Both the position numbers and the translations under genes were made by a program. From NCBI RefSeq assembly GCF_006345805.1, contig NC_043010.1:36208001-36272000 (forward strand): a stretch of DNA of 64,000 bases, read 5' to 3'. This document shows, piece by piece, positions 25,115 to 39,274 of the stretch (positions within the stretch are counted from its first letter, which is position 1; each line of letters begins with the position of its first letter). This DNA is from Octopus sinensis. Its lineage: Eukaryota. Under the pieces are notes generated by a model. The model was given only the letters and a program-made list of their open reading frames with translations. It did not search any database and had not been told where the DNA came from.

Positions 25115-26799
25115 TACATTCTATAAAGTGGTTGGCATTAGGAAGGACATCCAGCTGTAGAAACCATGCCAAATCAGATTTGAGTCTGGTGCAGTTCCCC
25201 AGCTTGCCAGCTAACCGTCCAGTTGGTGTAGCATCCCAGCTTGCCAGCTCTGGTCAAACTGTCCAACCCGTGCCAGTATGGACAACGGATGTTAAATGAT
25301 GATGATATGCTTTGTAAGGTTACGCAAGCAGCGTTAACCTGTTTAGAGGAAGCTATTCAATAATGATAACATCGTTATGACCATCATCTCTATGTAATAC
25401 CAATGGCAACACCACCACTATCATTTACTACTACTGCTACCACTATCACTATCACCACTACCACAAGTAATGTTATCACAGTATATTACACTACAAACAA
25501 CATCACTGCTTGAAATAGCCAAATCTCTCTTGCCTTGCACCACACCCTATCATCTGAAAAGACAATACAGTCTCATTTACACTCATATACATAGAAGACA
25601 AAGTATAGCTAATGGTCATTAACATGTTCCATTATTTATACCTTGTTTTGTATATGACTGTAAAAGACCAGTGTAGCTGGGAATACAACCATAGATTTAC
25701 AATATAGAGTGGTGATGAACTATAACCTTGGACCCAGCCACAAGATTATGTAGGGTTCTTTACAAATCTAAAAACTTCTAGCCTGGTGTATTTCTATTAA
25801 CAGATAGCTTATAAAGTATTTTGTTCAGATTGTTAATCCCTCATTAATAACTCTTTTGTTTTAATATATTTCATCATCATCATTTAATGTGTGTTTTCCA
25901 TGCTGGCACACACACACACACACACACATACACAAAAGAGAAAATGGATTATATATATATATATGTATTAAAAATGCAATAGGATGGTCATGGATAGAAT
26001 GGCTTTGATTATAGGTTTGCTTAATTAGGGTTGGCCTGTAATAACAGCAACCACTAATGCTAATATCCCTATATCTCACTATCTTTGTAAACAATGTTAT
26101 TATTTACAATCACTACCACTATCAACAAAACAACTGGGGGAGAGAGGCTATTAGGAAAAAGATAAAGTAGGGAATGAATGAAACAAAATAATTTGGGAGT
26201 GATTCAACCAGTTTTTTTTTTCTTTGCTATCTTTATTTCGTTTTAGAATTTTTATCGTAACAGTTTTTTCCCTCTGATATCATATTACTTTTAAAAAAAA
26301 AATTTTTTTTCTCTATTCATGAAAAACATTAAAAAATAAATAACAAAAATTGTTTGCTTTGAAAGGGTTATAGTTGAACGAATTGTGCTCAGTGTACGAC
26401 TGATGTTTACTTTATCAAACATTGAAAGAAGGAAAGACAAAATCGACTGTAGCAGGATTTGAGCTGTTTTGTAGAAAGATGGCACTGAATTGTGTTGGGA
26501 AGTTTTTACTGTGGCTGTTTATTGTTTCTGCTAACAAATGTAATAGATGAGACATCATGAAAGTTAAAAAGGTGTTGGGTAGATGGTGGAGTCAGATAAT
26601 CAAAAGCTGACTAGAAGTGCTGTGGTTGGGTGAGGTGGGAAGTGAGATTTGAGAACATTCATCTCACAGAGCTGATGGAATAGGATCAAAACAGAGTTAT
26701 GTTGCAGACCTAGAACAACTGGTGCCAGAATGTGAAAAAGAATTCTAAAATCATGCTTAGTTGATAGAAAGATGATTTAGTTCTCTCTCAGAAGTGGAA

Positions 26800-27000
26800 C
26801 AAGCTGATGTACTTGATTTACAGGAGGATTTTTTTCCATTCAGAAACATATGCATAGTTATCAAGACCAAATTTTGAACCCCATGGGTGCGACAGGGAAA
26901 TAATGGTCAACAGTGTAGTTGTATGGTGATCACCTGGGTGCAGTTGTAAGTTAATGATAGCCGATGTCCTCAAAGTTTGCCTACTTCATGTTTTTGATAA
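26800..27000 (+). mobile_element. Highly decayed CR1-like RT fragment
   Basis: ADVLDLQEDF, EPHGCDREIM and a frameshifted DV(P)Q segment occur in the order of DVIYLDFQKAF / KLxxYGIxGxIL / GVPQG. Confidence 0.3.
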
Positions 27001-28961
27001 ATCATTTCAAGTATCCTTGTGTGTGGTAATTGTTTCCTTCAGTTGTCACCCTTATTGGGTGATTCTGTTTGTGCTTTGTCATTCATTCGTTCACCACATG
27101 ATCTATTAGGGGCTTTTGCATTTTCTCAGTTTGAAAGGCATATAGCTGAAACTGTTCCTTGAGATCTTTGCTATGTTGCTTGTAACTGAGAACCCCTCCG
27201 TAGTACTTTCTGTTTGGTGAAAGCATATAGATAGTGGCCATTGCTTTAAAATCAATCTCTTAAGACAAGCTGTCCTTGCAGAATGATCAGAACATTGATT
27301 AAACAACAAAATTCAACTAAAATCAATGACAAAATAAGTTTGTCTGCAATACTAAGCTTAAGGGTTGCTTTGGAATGTTCAGTTGATCATCTCTCTATGT
27401 TACAGCTCTGATTGAATAACTGGGGTTACTGAAGAGCAATCAAGCGTCATTGTTGTTGCCATCGTCTTAATTGTGATTTTTTTGACCATGAGAAATCTTT
27501 TATATCAATGTAGCTACGACCATCACTATCATTGCCGTTTCATGCCAGTTAATTCTTTCACAAATATTAGGGGTCTGTAAGGCTTACTATCACTAATTCT
27601 GTGTACTGCAGAGTCACAGCAAAGTATTTTCGTGGACAAAGAGCTGCAGTTCATATCATATCCACTTTGTTGTTTTGCCTACTTGTTACTGGTTTCAGCT
27701 ATTTAACTGTGGCCCTGCATATTGACCAAGTTTTCTTCCCCACATCAGTGCCTAATTAATCACACTTCTCTTTTTTCTGCTTCCCACTTAACCATTACAT
27801 CCCATATACTCTAACAACTCCCCTACTCATTATTATCTTGCTGCATTCCTCTCTGTATCTCATCTGTAACCTCTGTTCTTACTCTTCTCTCATCCATCAT
27901 CTCTTAATTTTGACCATACTGTTTCATTATCATCCTTACTTTCCACCTGCTGTTATTCAGCCCCAGATCAACCCTGATCATTGACCAGACCTATAATCAA
28001 AGGCATTCCAGCTGTGACCATTCCATCTTTTTCTTTTGTGCAGAAAACCACCACCAAAGCTATATTATCCACTATGCCTTTTTAAGACAGTATGGTATGG
28101 TTTGAAGGATGTTTGGTTACTATTTCTAGCAGGTCAAGCCACCATATAACAGCTATCCTCCTTGGCTTGCTTTCATTGCTGCTGCTGCTGCTGGTCATGC
28201 AGCTACTGCAGTTGTTGTTGTATTGCTGTTGCTGATGTTGCTAGCTCCTTGACTGCTGCTGCTGTTCTTGCTGCTAGTACATTGCTGTAAAACTACCATG
28301 GCTACTACCAATGATGTTGCCAGCTAAGACGTCAACTGCTGCTGCTGCTGCTACAGTTACTGCCATTGCTGTCACTGTTGTGGCAGTCAGGCAACTTTTC
28401 CATCAAGACTTTTTTTCCCCCCCTCTCTCCTCCTCACTGCCTTTCTTTCTAATTGTGCGAGCAGTTTTTGCAGAGAGTTTGTAACTGAAGAATCAGTTTA
28501 GGTGCTTATGACATTCTCCAGTCGGGTTTCTTATATCCCCTATCGAATATAACATCCATTTAATTAATTAATCTAGGTGTTTGTATCTGGCTCTCTTGTT
28601 GCCAGGTTATTTTACCGTTATCTGCAATTCTTTAAAAAAGATACTCTGTATGTGTATCTGTGTGTGTGTAAAAAAATAATCTTACTTGTTTGTGTTCAGT
28701 TGATTTGATAAACAGCTTTGCTTGTTAAAACTAACACATGTAACATCTAAGTTATTCATTTATGTGGAAAGCAGTTGTATTCAACTACATATTAATCCCA
28801 CTTCATTATATTTGTCGATGATAAAATAAGTACCTGTCATGTACTAGGGTCAATATGGTCAACTATTCTCTCCTAAATTTGTAGTCTTGCACCTATGCAA
28901 AAAAATAATTTGGATTGTATGATTATTTGCATGATCACTTCAGTGTGTCATCTGTTTACAA

Positions 28962-29239
28962 CAGTGGATCTCCACTGGGGTCCATATAACCCATGAGGGT
29001 CTCCATGCAAGCAAAATAGTAAATTAAGGAACCACAGTAGTATTTTAAGGGCCCAGGAAAAAAAATTGCTTCAGATTTATTTCTTGCAAGAAACAGCGAG
29101 TTTTACATGGTTCAACTTACTAAACAATTTAATGTGTGAAAAAAGTAAAGTAGGGATTTTTCAAATATGGGGGTTCACCAAAATAAAGTTGTAATTGAAG
29201 GGGTCCATAGATTTAAAAAAAAAAGGTTGAGATCCACAG
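28962..29239. mobile_element. hAT-type MITE with 8-bp TSD
   Basis: TIRs CAGTGGATCTCCAC / GTTGAGATCCACAG; flanks GTTTACAA and ATTTACAA (7/8). Confidence 0.7.
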
Positions 29240-32200
29240 ATTTACAAGATAGAACTTATATACACTCCTGTTTGTATCTAGATGTGATAATCCATTAAGA
29301 TTTATACAGATAAAGTGTGGTATGGCAGAAATTGTAGAGCACTAGGAAAGTATGTGCCTTGTGGTATTTGTTTAAACCTTCATATTTCTTCATTCATAAC
29401 CTACTTCATGTTGACTATGGTGTTCATTATTTTGTGATCAGTAAAATAATTCCAGTCATGTACTTGGGTTGAATCAATCAATAATACTCTTCTCTTTTGC
29501 GACCAAGTGCCAATGAAAGAAATCAATATTTACATAAATAATATTTGCTTTCAGCTGTAATATCCTGCTGTGTCACAATCTATTGAAAATATCTTGATTA
29601 TATTCAGTTATATAACGTATGTCACTCATTTATATCGTAAGGGGGCATATGACAGTGCCATATAATATCTTATTGACAGTATCTTGCTTCTATTCAGCTA
29701 CATAACTCTTTTGTATATTACTTCCATTAAGTACTATCTTAGACGCCTTCTGTTTTAACAGCTTGGAATGTTTATATTCTTTCTGAAGTGTCTTAGTTTT
29801 GGTTGTTTTGCTCCAGACCATCCTCAATCCAGCAAATAATCAAAAACATTAAAGCTGAGATAATTTGTTCTCCACCCCACGACAAAGTGTCTCTAAGAGT
29901 GCATTTATTATGTGCTGTACTCTTTTCTTTTTCTTTAAGATTGTAAACAATTGGTTGGACAATTGACTTTTGTTTCTAGCATGTTGCATGACCAACAAGG
30001 GTGAAGCTATGGGATCAATTGGCTTGCTACAAACAGATTACAATAATTACAATAAGAAAAAAAAAAAAAAAAAACAGGGAGGAAACATTAGTTAATGTAA
30101 GTGTGATTTGCCTGAAAGTAGTTGCCAAAAGTGAGTCTTCTTGGTTGAAACCTGTTGTTTTATCAAGGCCGACCAGGGTTAAACAACAAACATAGAGAGG
30201 TTCTCTTGTTAGTTTGAAAACACCCTTAACACTAGAGATAGGTGAGTTGGCTCTGAAAAAGGTTATTGAATGGGATGTTGAATCTTATCTTGTAAAGAGG
30301 GATGCATTCGTCTAATGGATGGTTTGTGTGTTCAGATCAATTGTAGGTATTTCATTGTGTTACTAGGCAGGATATTAAATTGTACTTGTCCCATTTCACC
30401 TTGCTGTGCTCTTTCCTTAATCCAGTCAGGAGATTTATCTTTCATTTGAAACTGAGAGTAAGTATTGCTCCTTCTGAGCCTCTTGAATGACTTGTAGTTA
30501 TTGGCAAGTTGGCATAGACGACATAGATTTTGAACTGAACTGAATTATATGATTTACGTAGATCCAGTATGTGATGGGATGTCATATCATTGTCAATGTG
30601 CCTGTGTTGCATTAGACTTTAAAATGTGATTCGCAAACATTGCCTTATTTAAGCATGTATTGTGACCTCTTCATTTCCCAACTTGTGACAAATATTCAAA
30701 TACATTTTACTAATTGCCAAGCTGCCCTTTCACTGAAACAATATAAACTTAATGACAAGTTTATTTAATGCTTGTATTATCTTCCCCATTTTATAAAGTT
30801 ATTGCAGAGAGCGGGGAGGAATTTTTGTATGCTGATACAGCTATTAAAAAACAAAAAAATACCTAGATATGTCAGCATAAATGGACATACAAAATTTGTT
30901 AGAAATAAATATTATTTTCCTTGTTCAAATCCAGCTGGAGGTGACTTTGCTTTGTCTTTGCTCTAGGGGTTAATAACACAAGTACCTGTCATGTACTGAA
31001 GCTCATTGATTCTCACTATACCCGATCCTACAAATTTATGGCTTTGCTACCAGTGTGAGAAGTTATTGTTTTCAGACCTGACCCAACCACATCTTTCAAA
31101 GTATGCTTGTTCTACAGCAAATACCTTCCTTCCACTAAATCAACTCTTGGCTCTGTTTCATCTGGCAGCTATCATACCATTTATTTTACATGTTGCTGTC
31201 ATTCATTGCCTTTTAGAGTCTAGTTACATTCTCAACTCACTTATGCTCTGTTTGTCCTGTCAATTAACATGGTATGTCTAACAGACTAAATCATTCTCCT
31301 CCAGTTACTTGCAGACCTCTGGTATGCATTGTCCATGTTTCACAGTTAGTTTTAACAGAGTGCTACTTCAGTTGTTCACATACAACCCACATCAGCATAC
31401 CTTATGAAGGACTTTTCATGTGTAGAGTGACTGGTAGACTAAACAGGCTTTCTGTCTTTTTCAAAACTAGCTACTCACTATGTTGTTATTTATACAACCT
31501 TCAGGTGACTATGTCACATAGGTCACGCAATTTATCTGCCTGTTGTAGCAGTCAGGGGATTAGATAAGCTTTGTTATTTAATACACACACATACACACAC
31601 ACACTTGATATATAAGATACTTTTTGTAATGAAGTATTCTTCTTTTTTTTTATATTTTTCACAATAGTAATTGAAAATCATTGTACTTTATATATGTCTC
31701 TTATTTTTATTGGAACAACACAGAAAAATACTGGATTACAGATACTGGATTTGTTATTTAAACAATAGTTAAGTTAATATTAACGTATTTAATTCATGGA
31801 GCTTTAAAAAGCTAAGTAGAGATAATTAATTTTGTGGTTGGTAAAGAACAAAATGAATCAATGATCAATATTATTCTCCTCACATGCACAAGTGCAGGAG
31901 ACACCCCAGGAAATGTTTCAGTTTTATTCTGATCTCCTCAGAAAAGCCTAATTTCACTGTCCCTGCTGAAATAGTGATGAAGGAATCATTAAATAAATGT
32001 ATGAGACTGTATGTATTTTTATCATAATTATTTGTGTATTTTTAATTCACTTTGATTTCCTGATAGGACAAGTTCCTCTTCACTCACCAAATTTTGTCAC
32101 ATATCCTGACATTTCCTTTAATACAATAAAGAAACCTTTATGTTGGTTTCTTGACTTGCTTGAAAATATTTTCAAATTACACTTTACTGTCTTGTAAAAA

Positions 32201-32616
32201 AAAAAAAAAAATGGGAGTGGGGGGCACATTGGATGGTGTGATTTTGGAAACACTAACCTTGAAAACAAGATTGGGTGGTTGTGATTGGAATATATTTGAT
32301 CATAGGTTTGCTTTGTTATTGTTGACCTTGGGCTAAATTTTTCATCCATTTATACTTTTTACATTTTTGTTTTTTACTTATAACATGCATATATACCCGC
32401 CAATTTATAGCAGTTGAAATTTAATGTTTCTCTTTCCCACCTTTCTTTCTCTCCTCCTCTCTCTCTCTTACAGAAAGAAGGAAAAAATGTACTTAATGTA
32501 TTTAGTATGTTATATTTATTTAAAGGTTGACTTTACTCCATCAGAAGTCTAAATGAGAAACTAAACTGGGAATAGTGATGGAAGGAAGCTTTGCCTTCAG
32601 ACAAATGAATCTCTCT

Positions 32617-32647
<31 letters not shown>

Positions 32648-33564
32648 GAAGGCCATGTAACATGTCGCTTTTTGTGTGTTCTTTCTAATGTCATTTGAAG
32701 GATGAGATGTTGTACTGAAAAGAAGAGGAGGGAGGAAAGAGGATTAAAACGATTGAAGGGAGCAGCAAGTGCTAATCAATGAATGAAGCACAAAACAAGG
32801 AAACTGTTGTGCTCATAAAAATTTGCTTTCTATTATCCATTTTGAATGCCATGTCTCATATGAACCATCTCTCTCTCCCTCTCTCCCTCCCTCCCTCTTC
32901 CCTCACAACACAGACCTCATTCTTTGTATCTCTTATTTACTGCGATCCTTCTAATTTCATTGTTGGTTCTATTACTCTCTAACAATACCACTGGGATAAC
33001 ATATCTATCTATAGGGGAATCTCAGAGTATATGCTCCCAACTTATCAGTTTCTCATCGAATCAAGGTTATCTGAATTTTACTCTGTCACTGTTCTGCAGG
33101 CTATTTTTGCCATTGTGTCTGTCTGTCTGTTATATGTATAAATAACTAACTAACTACATTATATAGTGTTTCCCAAGGCAGAGAGTTGACAGAACCATTG
33201 TTATCATGCTGAGCAAAACGTTAGTGACATTTCTTCTGGATTTATTTCATTGTGAGTTCAAATACTGCTGAGGTCGACTTTAACTTTCATTTTTCCAGTT
33301 AAGCACTGGAGTTAGTGTAACTGATTAACATCCCATCCATCACAATTTCAGGCCTTTGATAATAATAAAGTAACAATAATGAAATTACTGAGGATGATTC
33401 CAGCATTTGCATGGTTGAGATTTCAACCATTAGTTATGTGAGGACTTGCGTCTAAGGAATTGTAACATGCATGTATGTGTGCACAGATTGTGTTGTGGTT
33501 CTTGGTTCAACCCTGCTGCTTAGGGCCTTGTGGGTGTAATTTGGTAGGCAGAAACTGTGAAGAA

Positions 33565-33790
33565 GCGGTGAGCTGGCAGAAACGTTAGCACACCAGGTGA
33601 AATGCCTCGCGGTATTACATCTTCCATTATGTTCTCAGTTCAAATTCCATCGAGGTCGACTTTGCCTTTCATTCTTCCGGGGTCGATAAATCAAGTACCA
33701 GTTACGCACTGGGTCGATGTAATCGACTTAACCCCTTTGTCTGTCCTTGTTTGTTCCCTCTGTTTAGCCCTTTGTGGGCAATAAAGAAAT
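33565..33790 (+). mobile_element. SINE family A, CpG-decayed copy
   Basis: Colinear with 58218-58450; many differences are CG>TG/CA. Confidence 0.8.
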
Positions 33791-34308
33791 AAGAAACTGT
33801 GAAGCACATCACACACACACACACACACACACGTATTTGTATGTGTGTGTGTGAGTGAGAGAGAGAGAGACTGAGAGACTGATAGTAGTTATGTGAAAAT
33901 AGATGGTGTTTCCAAAAGTTAACTTGACAATTCAACAAATATATGTAGATAAAAATAATAAGAGGACCAGTGCTGGAAATGGAGGGTGTGTGGTGGTAGT
34001 GACGGTGGTGGTAGTGGGATGATGATTTTAGCATCTAACTCCTTCTCCTTCAACTTCAGCCTCAAGAATTTTAGCGATATTTCTAATTTGTAAAATCTGT
34101 TTCCATTGTATATGGAACTGAAATAAGTGTAGAAGTCAGTGCGGGTGACTAAGAAAAAAAAAAAGAAGAAATAATGGTGGTGCCCCTGCATGGCCATAGA
34201 CTTTCAAGTAACATACAGTTCAGTCAAATAATTAATCATATTCTGTACCATTTACTGAGTATGTTTTCTCTTGTTTGTTACAAATAATACATGCACACTC
34301 ATACGCAA

Positions 34309-34350
<42 letters not shown>

Positions 34351-34501
34351 TGAGGTTAAAAGTTTGTGTGTATGAGTGTGTAGCAGGCTCTTAATTTCCT
34401 GCTTTGTTTTCTGAAAAGCTTTTGAGTTTTAGGTTAATTAAAGTTCTCACTTGTCTGTCAAATACTGCTGACACCTCCCCTTCCCCTGAAACATGCATGT
34501 A

Positions 34502-34538
<37 letters not shown>

Positions 34539-34858
34539 CTGTTTCTGTTTCTGTGAATCTGTAAAATGACTGCTTTTTAGTTTTTGTGCTTCTGCCATAA
34601 ATTTTTGTGTGTTTGTGGGTGTTTGTGTATTCTTCCTAAAATATGTATTTGGAGTGGTTTTAGATGTTTTCCAGTTTGAGTGTGAATGAAGTATATTGTT
34701 TGAAAACACAGGAGTCGATAGCCAAATCAGGTCCCCTGGTAATATAAGTAAAAATATTAACTATAATAAAGTATCGCCAAAGTCTCTGAATGCACAAGTC
34801 TATTTTTATTGATATTTGTATTATTCAACTTCATTACATACACAGCTGTACCCCCTGC

Positions 34859-34900
<42 letters not shown>

Positions 34901-34906
34901 TATTTA

Positions 34907-35058
34907 TTTATTAAAGCTGCAAAATTACAACAAAACTGCTACTCAGAGTTTCATATTCCTGTCCTGTTTGTCTGATAGTGTTCATTACAAACTATCTGAT
35001 GAATGAGAACGTGAAACTCTGAGTAACAGTTTTGCGATAATTTCGCAGCTTTTATAAA
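34907..35058. mobile_element. Fold-back element with HHR motif
   Basis: Inverted arms around ~34980-34990; right arm AAACTAT-CTGATGA-ATG AGAA CGT-GAAAC TC T GA GTA-ACAGTTT (34989-35032); the left-arm core is degenerate. Confidence 0.65.
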
Positions 35059-35132
35059 AGCATATTACTCTACCTTTAGTATGCAAGTACTATTTTTTCC
35101 CCACCTTGTTTTGCATTTATGTATTTGCTTAC

Positions 35133-35165
<33 letters not shown>

Positions 35166-35280
35166 TGTGTGTATATAAGGCACAGGCATAGCTGTGTGGC
35201 TGCTTCCCAACCACAGGGTTCTGGGTCCAGTCCCAGCACCTTGGGCAAAGTGTCTTTGCCCAAGGTGCAAAGAAAGAAGC

Positions 35281-35332
<52 letters not shown>

Positions 35333-35802
35333 CACACACACACAAACGTGTGTGTGTGTATCTTTGTATTTGTCCATTGTCACTGCTTGACAACTGGTGA
35401 TGGTGTGTTTATGTCCCTGTAACTTAGTGGTTTGGAATAAAAGACTGATAGAATAAGTACCAAGCTTAAAAAGAGTACTGGGGTAAATTCTGTCAACTAA
35501 AAGCTCTTCATGGTGGTGCTCCAGCATGACCACAGTGTAGTGACTGAAACGAAAGATAAGACATATATATAAATATATTTAACGTTTTCTGTAAATGGGT
35601 ACTTTTTAAAAAATGTCTGTCACCTTCATTAATCAGTGCTAATTTGGAATGTGTGTGCGTCTGCACACTTTTGCATTGTTTGTAGAATGTGATTATATGA
35701 ATATGTATTGTTTCCAGAATGTGTATGTGAATGATTTGTATTGTTTTTTGGAATGTGTATATAGTTCCTAGGATATGTATGTTGTTTCAGAAATAGGTGT
35801 AC

Positions 35803-35838
<36 letters not shown>

Positions 35839-38800
35839 TATTTGAGAATATGCCATACGCGCGTGCACACACACACACACATTGTTTTAGATTGTGTGTA
35901 TGTGTACATGTTTTGTTTCTTAGATGTGTGTATGTATTGTTTTCTGTATATATGATGTTCTCTTTTCAAATATATGAATATCAATTATATAGTTTCAACA
36001 ACTAGTGTGTGTGTGTGTGTGTATGTATGTGTGTGTGTATGTATGTGTGTGTGTGTGTGTGTGTGTGTGGCTGTAATTTTCAGAATCTGTATTATTTGCT
36101 TGATTGTATATTCCTCTTTTGTAATTCACACACACAAAGAACTTAGAGTGTGTATTTGTGTGTGGTTCTGATGAATATGAATGCATGTGTGTGTATGTAA
36201 GTAAAATTCACATGGCAGTGTGTGGATAATTTTCCTTGTATGTATATGTGCGTGTGTGTGTGTGTGTGTGCATCATTCACATATGGCAGTGTGTGAATAA
36301 TATTCTTTGTGTATATATGTGTGTGTGTGTGTATATACGTACATACACATGACTATGTAGTTAGTTTCTAGAGACTGTGAAAGTCACACATTCTAGATAA
36401 TGTTATGGAATTATCTATCAGTTACATTTTTTTGTTCTTTATTTTGTTTATTCATGTTAATTTCTTTTCTGTTTGTACATTGATAATATGGCGAAGAGGA
36501 GAGATAGCTGTTGTGGAAGAAGGAGGGGGCTAAGAGAGAGAGAGAGAGAATGAGAGAGAGAATGAGATTACAAGAAAGAAGTGTGAAGGAGAGCTGAAGA
36601 GAAATAACAGAAGAAAGCTGAAAGGAGAGAGAAAAACAGGCAGAGAAAAAGAGAGAAAAATGTATAGGAGAGGAGGTACCTGAAAATAGAGAGAATGAAA
36701 GAGAGAGAGAGAGATGAGATGAGATAAAATAAAATGAATAACTGACAGAGAAAGACGAGGTTAAAAAAAAGTGTTTGTTTTTTAAGAGAAGCTTGTTTGT
36801 TGGAGCATGGTTGCGGCTAGTGTCAAGGATAGCTGGGTACTAAAATTAGTCATTATTGATCATGCTATTCTTATTGCTTCATTCCTTTTTGTTAGTGTGT
36901 TAGTATCTGTCTCTCTCACTCTCTCCCTCTTTTTCTAACATGTTTTGATTACACGTGCAAGTGTGTGTGTGTGTGTGTTAGTGGATATATATTAATATAC
37001 GTAGCATTTACCTTAATTGCCACTGGGGCGTTTTTAATAACAAGTCTCTCATGTGCATATGAGTTATATATACACACACACACACATGCACAAAGTGTTT
37101 CTTGATTGGTTTGTGGATGTTGTTGAATAACAAGTCTGTGTGTATGTGTGTTGTCTATCACCAATTCACTAGTATTTTTTCTTCAGTTCTTTAATATAGT
37201 TCTTAATAACAAATTCTCTCCCTAGCACACACTCAACCGTGTGTGTGTGTGTGTGAGAGAGAAAGCGATAGAGAGAGGAGCATGTTCTATTGAGCTCCTT
37301 TCTAGATTGTGCATTGAAAAGTCTTGCTAGGACCGACTCTGTTTTGGTTTGACAAAGAAATATTTTTTTTACATACTGGTGGTTAGATGTGTATATGAGA
37401 TCAGGTGTATTTTGCATGCAGTATGTCATGTTGACATGGAATTACTGAGAGTGGGATAACTTATTAGTAGTAGACTATTGTCAGTCTGTTAGTAATGGGT
37501 TCAAATCTGTTTCAGATATTGAGGAAGAAAAAAAAAAACAAAAAAAAAAAACAATATGGTTTAGTCAGATGAAGAAGAGCAGTACTTGTGATTCTTAACT
37601 CTTTACAACCCACTATGTTGGGTGACAGGTACCACATCTTTCAGTAATGCTAGCTTAATAGGTGTTTGTGCCTACCCTACAGCACATCCTACACTGAGAA
37701 GTTTGAGATAATCCCACCTTGTTTTATTGTTGTCAGAATGGTGGTGGAGGTGGCCAGTTGAATCGATTTCAGAGATGAACAGCAGAGTTGACCCTGGAAC
37801 GATTTGATCTTGGAATACAATAAAACAGAATTAAATATTGATGGACATTTAGTCCTGGATCAAACATACACTCACAGAATGTTGCATATAATAAGTAATA
37901 ATGAAAATGGTAGTAATTGTCTTCAACACTGTATTAACTGCTGCAGCAGTTGCACAGCATGCTGTAAGACTAAATTTGCTGATATTACTGGCTATGAGTT
38001 CAAACTTTGACAGCCATTGAGCTGTAAATTACATTTGACTCTTCTAACTCCAATCTTCAGGGTTTGAAAATACTTCAGCCCTAACAATTTTTCACCCTCT
38101 ATAAAAGCTTGTAGGATGTTCACAATGAAGTGTTGCTTCTACGTCACGTCACGGATGGTGTTGTCCCCCCCCCACTGCATCCAGATAAAGACCACACAAC
38201 TGATGGGCATAAAGGCTCTATCCTTTGGTTCACAGACATGCTGTCTCTTATTCCTGCTGATTATTTGGTCTCATGTCACCTCCACTCAAGCGCTCTTGAC
38301 TTGCTCATCCTCATCTATTTTGTATGCATCTCCCATATCCTGCTCTCATATCTTAATTCTCATAATGTTGGTCCTCTCCATCAGTATTTCCCAATCTTTT
38401 TATTCTTTAAAATCCTTGAAATACTTTCCATGTTTCAGAGAATCCCTGAATAATTATATCAATTATTATATATTTGCATATATTTTTTTTTGTTTTTCAT
38501 GAAGTTAAGTTTCATAGGAGATTAAATAAATCACAAAGCTGTCTTTGAAGGAGTTGGTAGTGCTAAATCCATCCAATATTACAAAAAAAAAAAAAGAACT
38601 CATCTTAATTAAGACCTTCTTTACATCAATTTCATTGATAATTCTCTATTAAGAAGTAATTTTCCCCATAGAATCTCCTTTCTACCTACAGCTTCCAGGA
38701 TTTTCTTTATCCTAGGAAATAAGCCATGCATCTATAATAAAACTATGAATGTAGAATTAAATATGAAATGATGCAAGAATGCATTTGTGCAGAATTAGCC

Positions 38801-39098
38801 TAATTATTGCTCTCATGGGGTCCCATACAACCTCTTACAGAATCCTAGAGTTTGGAAGAACTCCTCTTGGGAAATACTGCTCTGGACCCTCTACTCATCT
38901 TTCCTGCAGTTGTTGACTTTGAGCAGTTTATGTGGAATGTTCATAGTATGAATCTTGGCCTGTCTTGCAAAGCTTGTGAAAGCCATAGGCACATTCCTCA
39001 TGACCAAACTACAAGAGGGAAATAATCTCCCCCCCCCCTCCTTTCATTTGATAGTTAATTTTAGCAGTTTCACAAATATCTATAAATTAAAACTCTTG

Positions 39099-39274
39099 CT
39101 ATAGAATACAGACAATTGGTTGTATACCTGTTGTAATTTAGTCATCCATAGTCTGATATGATATTTTGGAATAATATTCCTTCTTCAGATATTTGAAGAA
39201 GGAATATTCTGAAATATCATATCAGACTATGGATGACTAAATTACAAGGATATAGCCCATTGTCTGTATTATAG
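39099..39274. mobile_element. Palindromic fold-back centred between two HHR cores
   Basis: Centre TTCTTCAG ATAT TTGAAGAA; both arms read (C/T)TGAAGA-A-GGAAT...-(G/A)AAA-TAT C ATA TC outward. Confidence 0.6.

Noticed and set aside
38116-38502. 107-128 aa overlapping ORFs
   Set aside because: No identifiable domain; attempted LINE RT alignment was not convincing.
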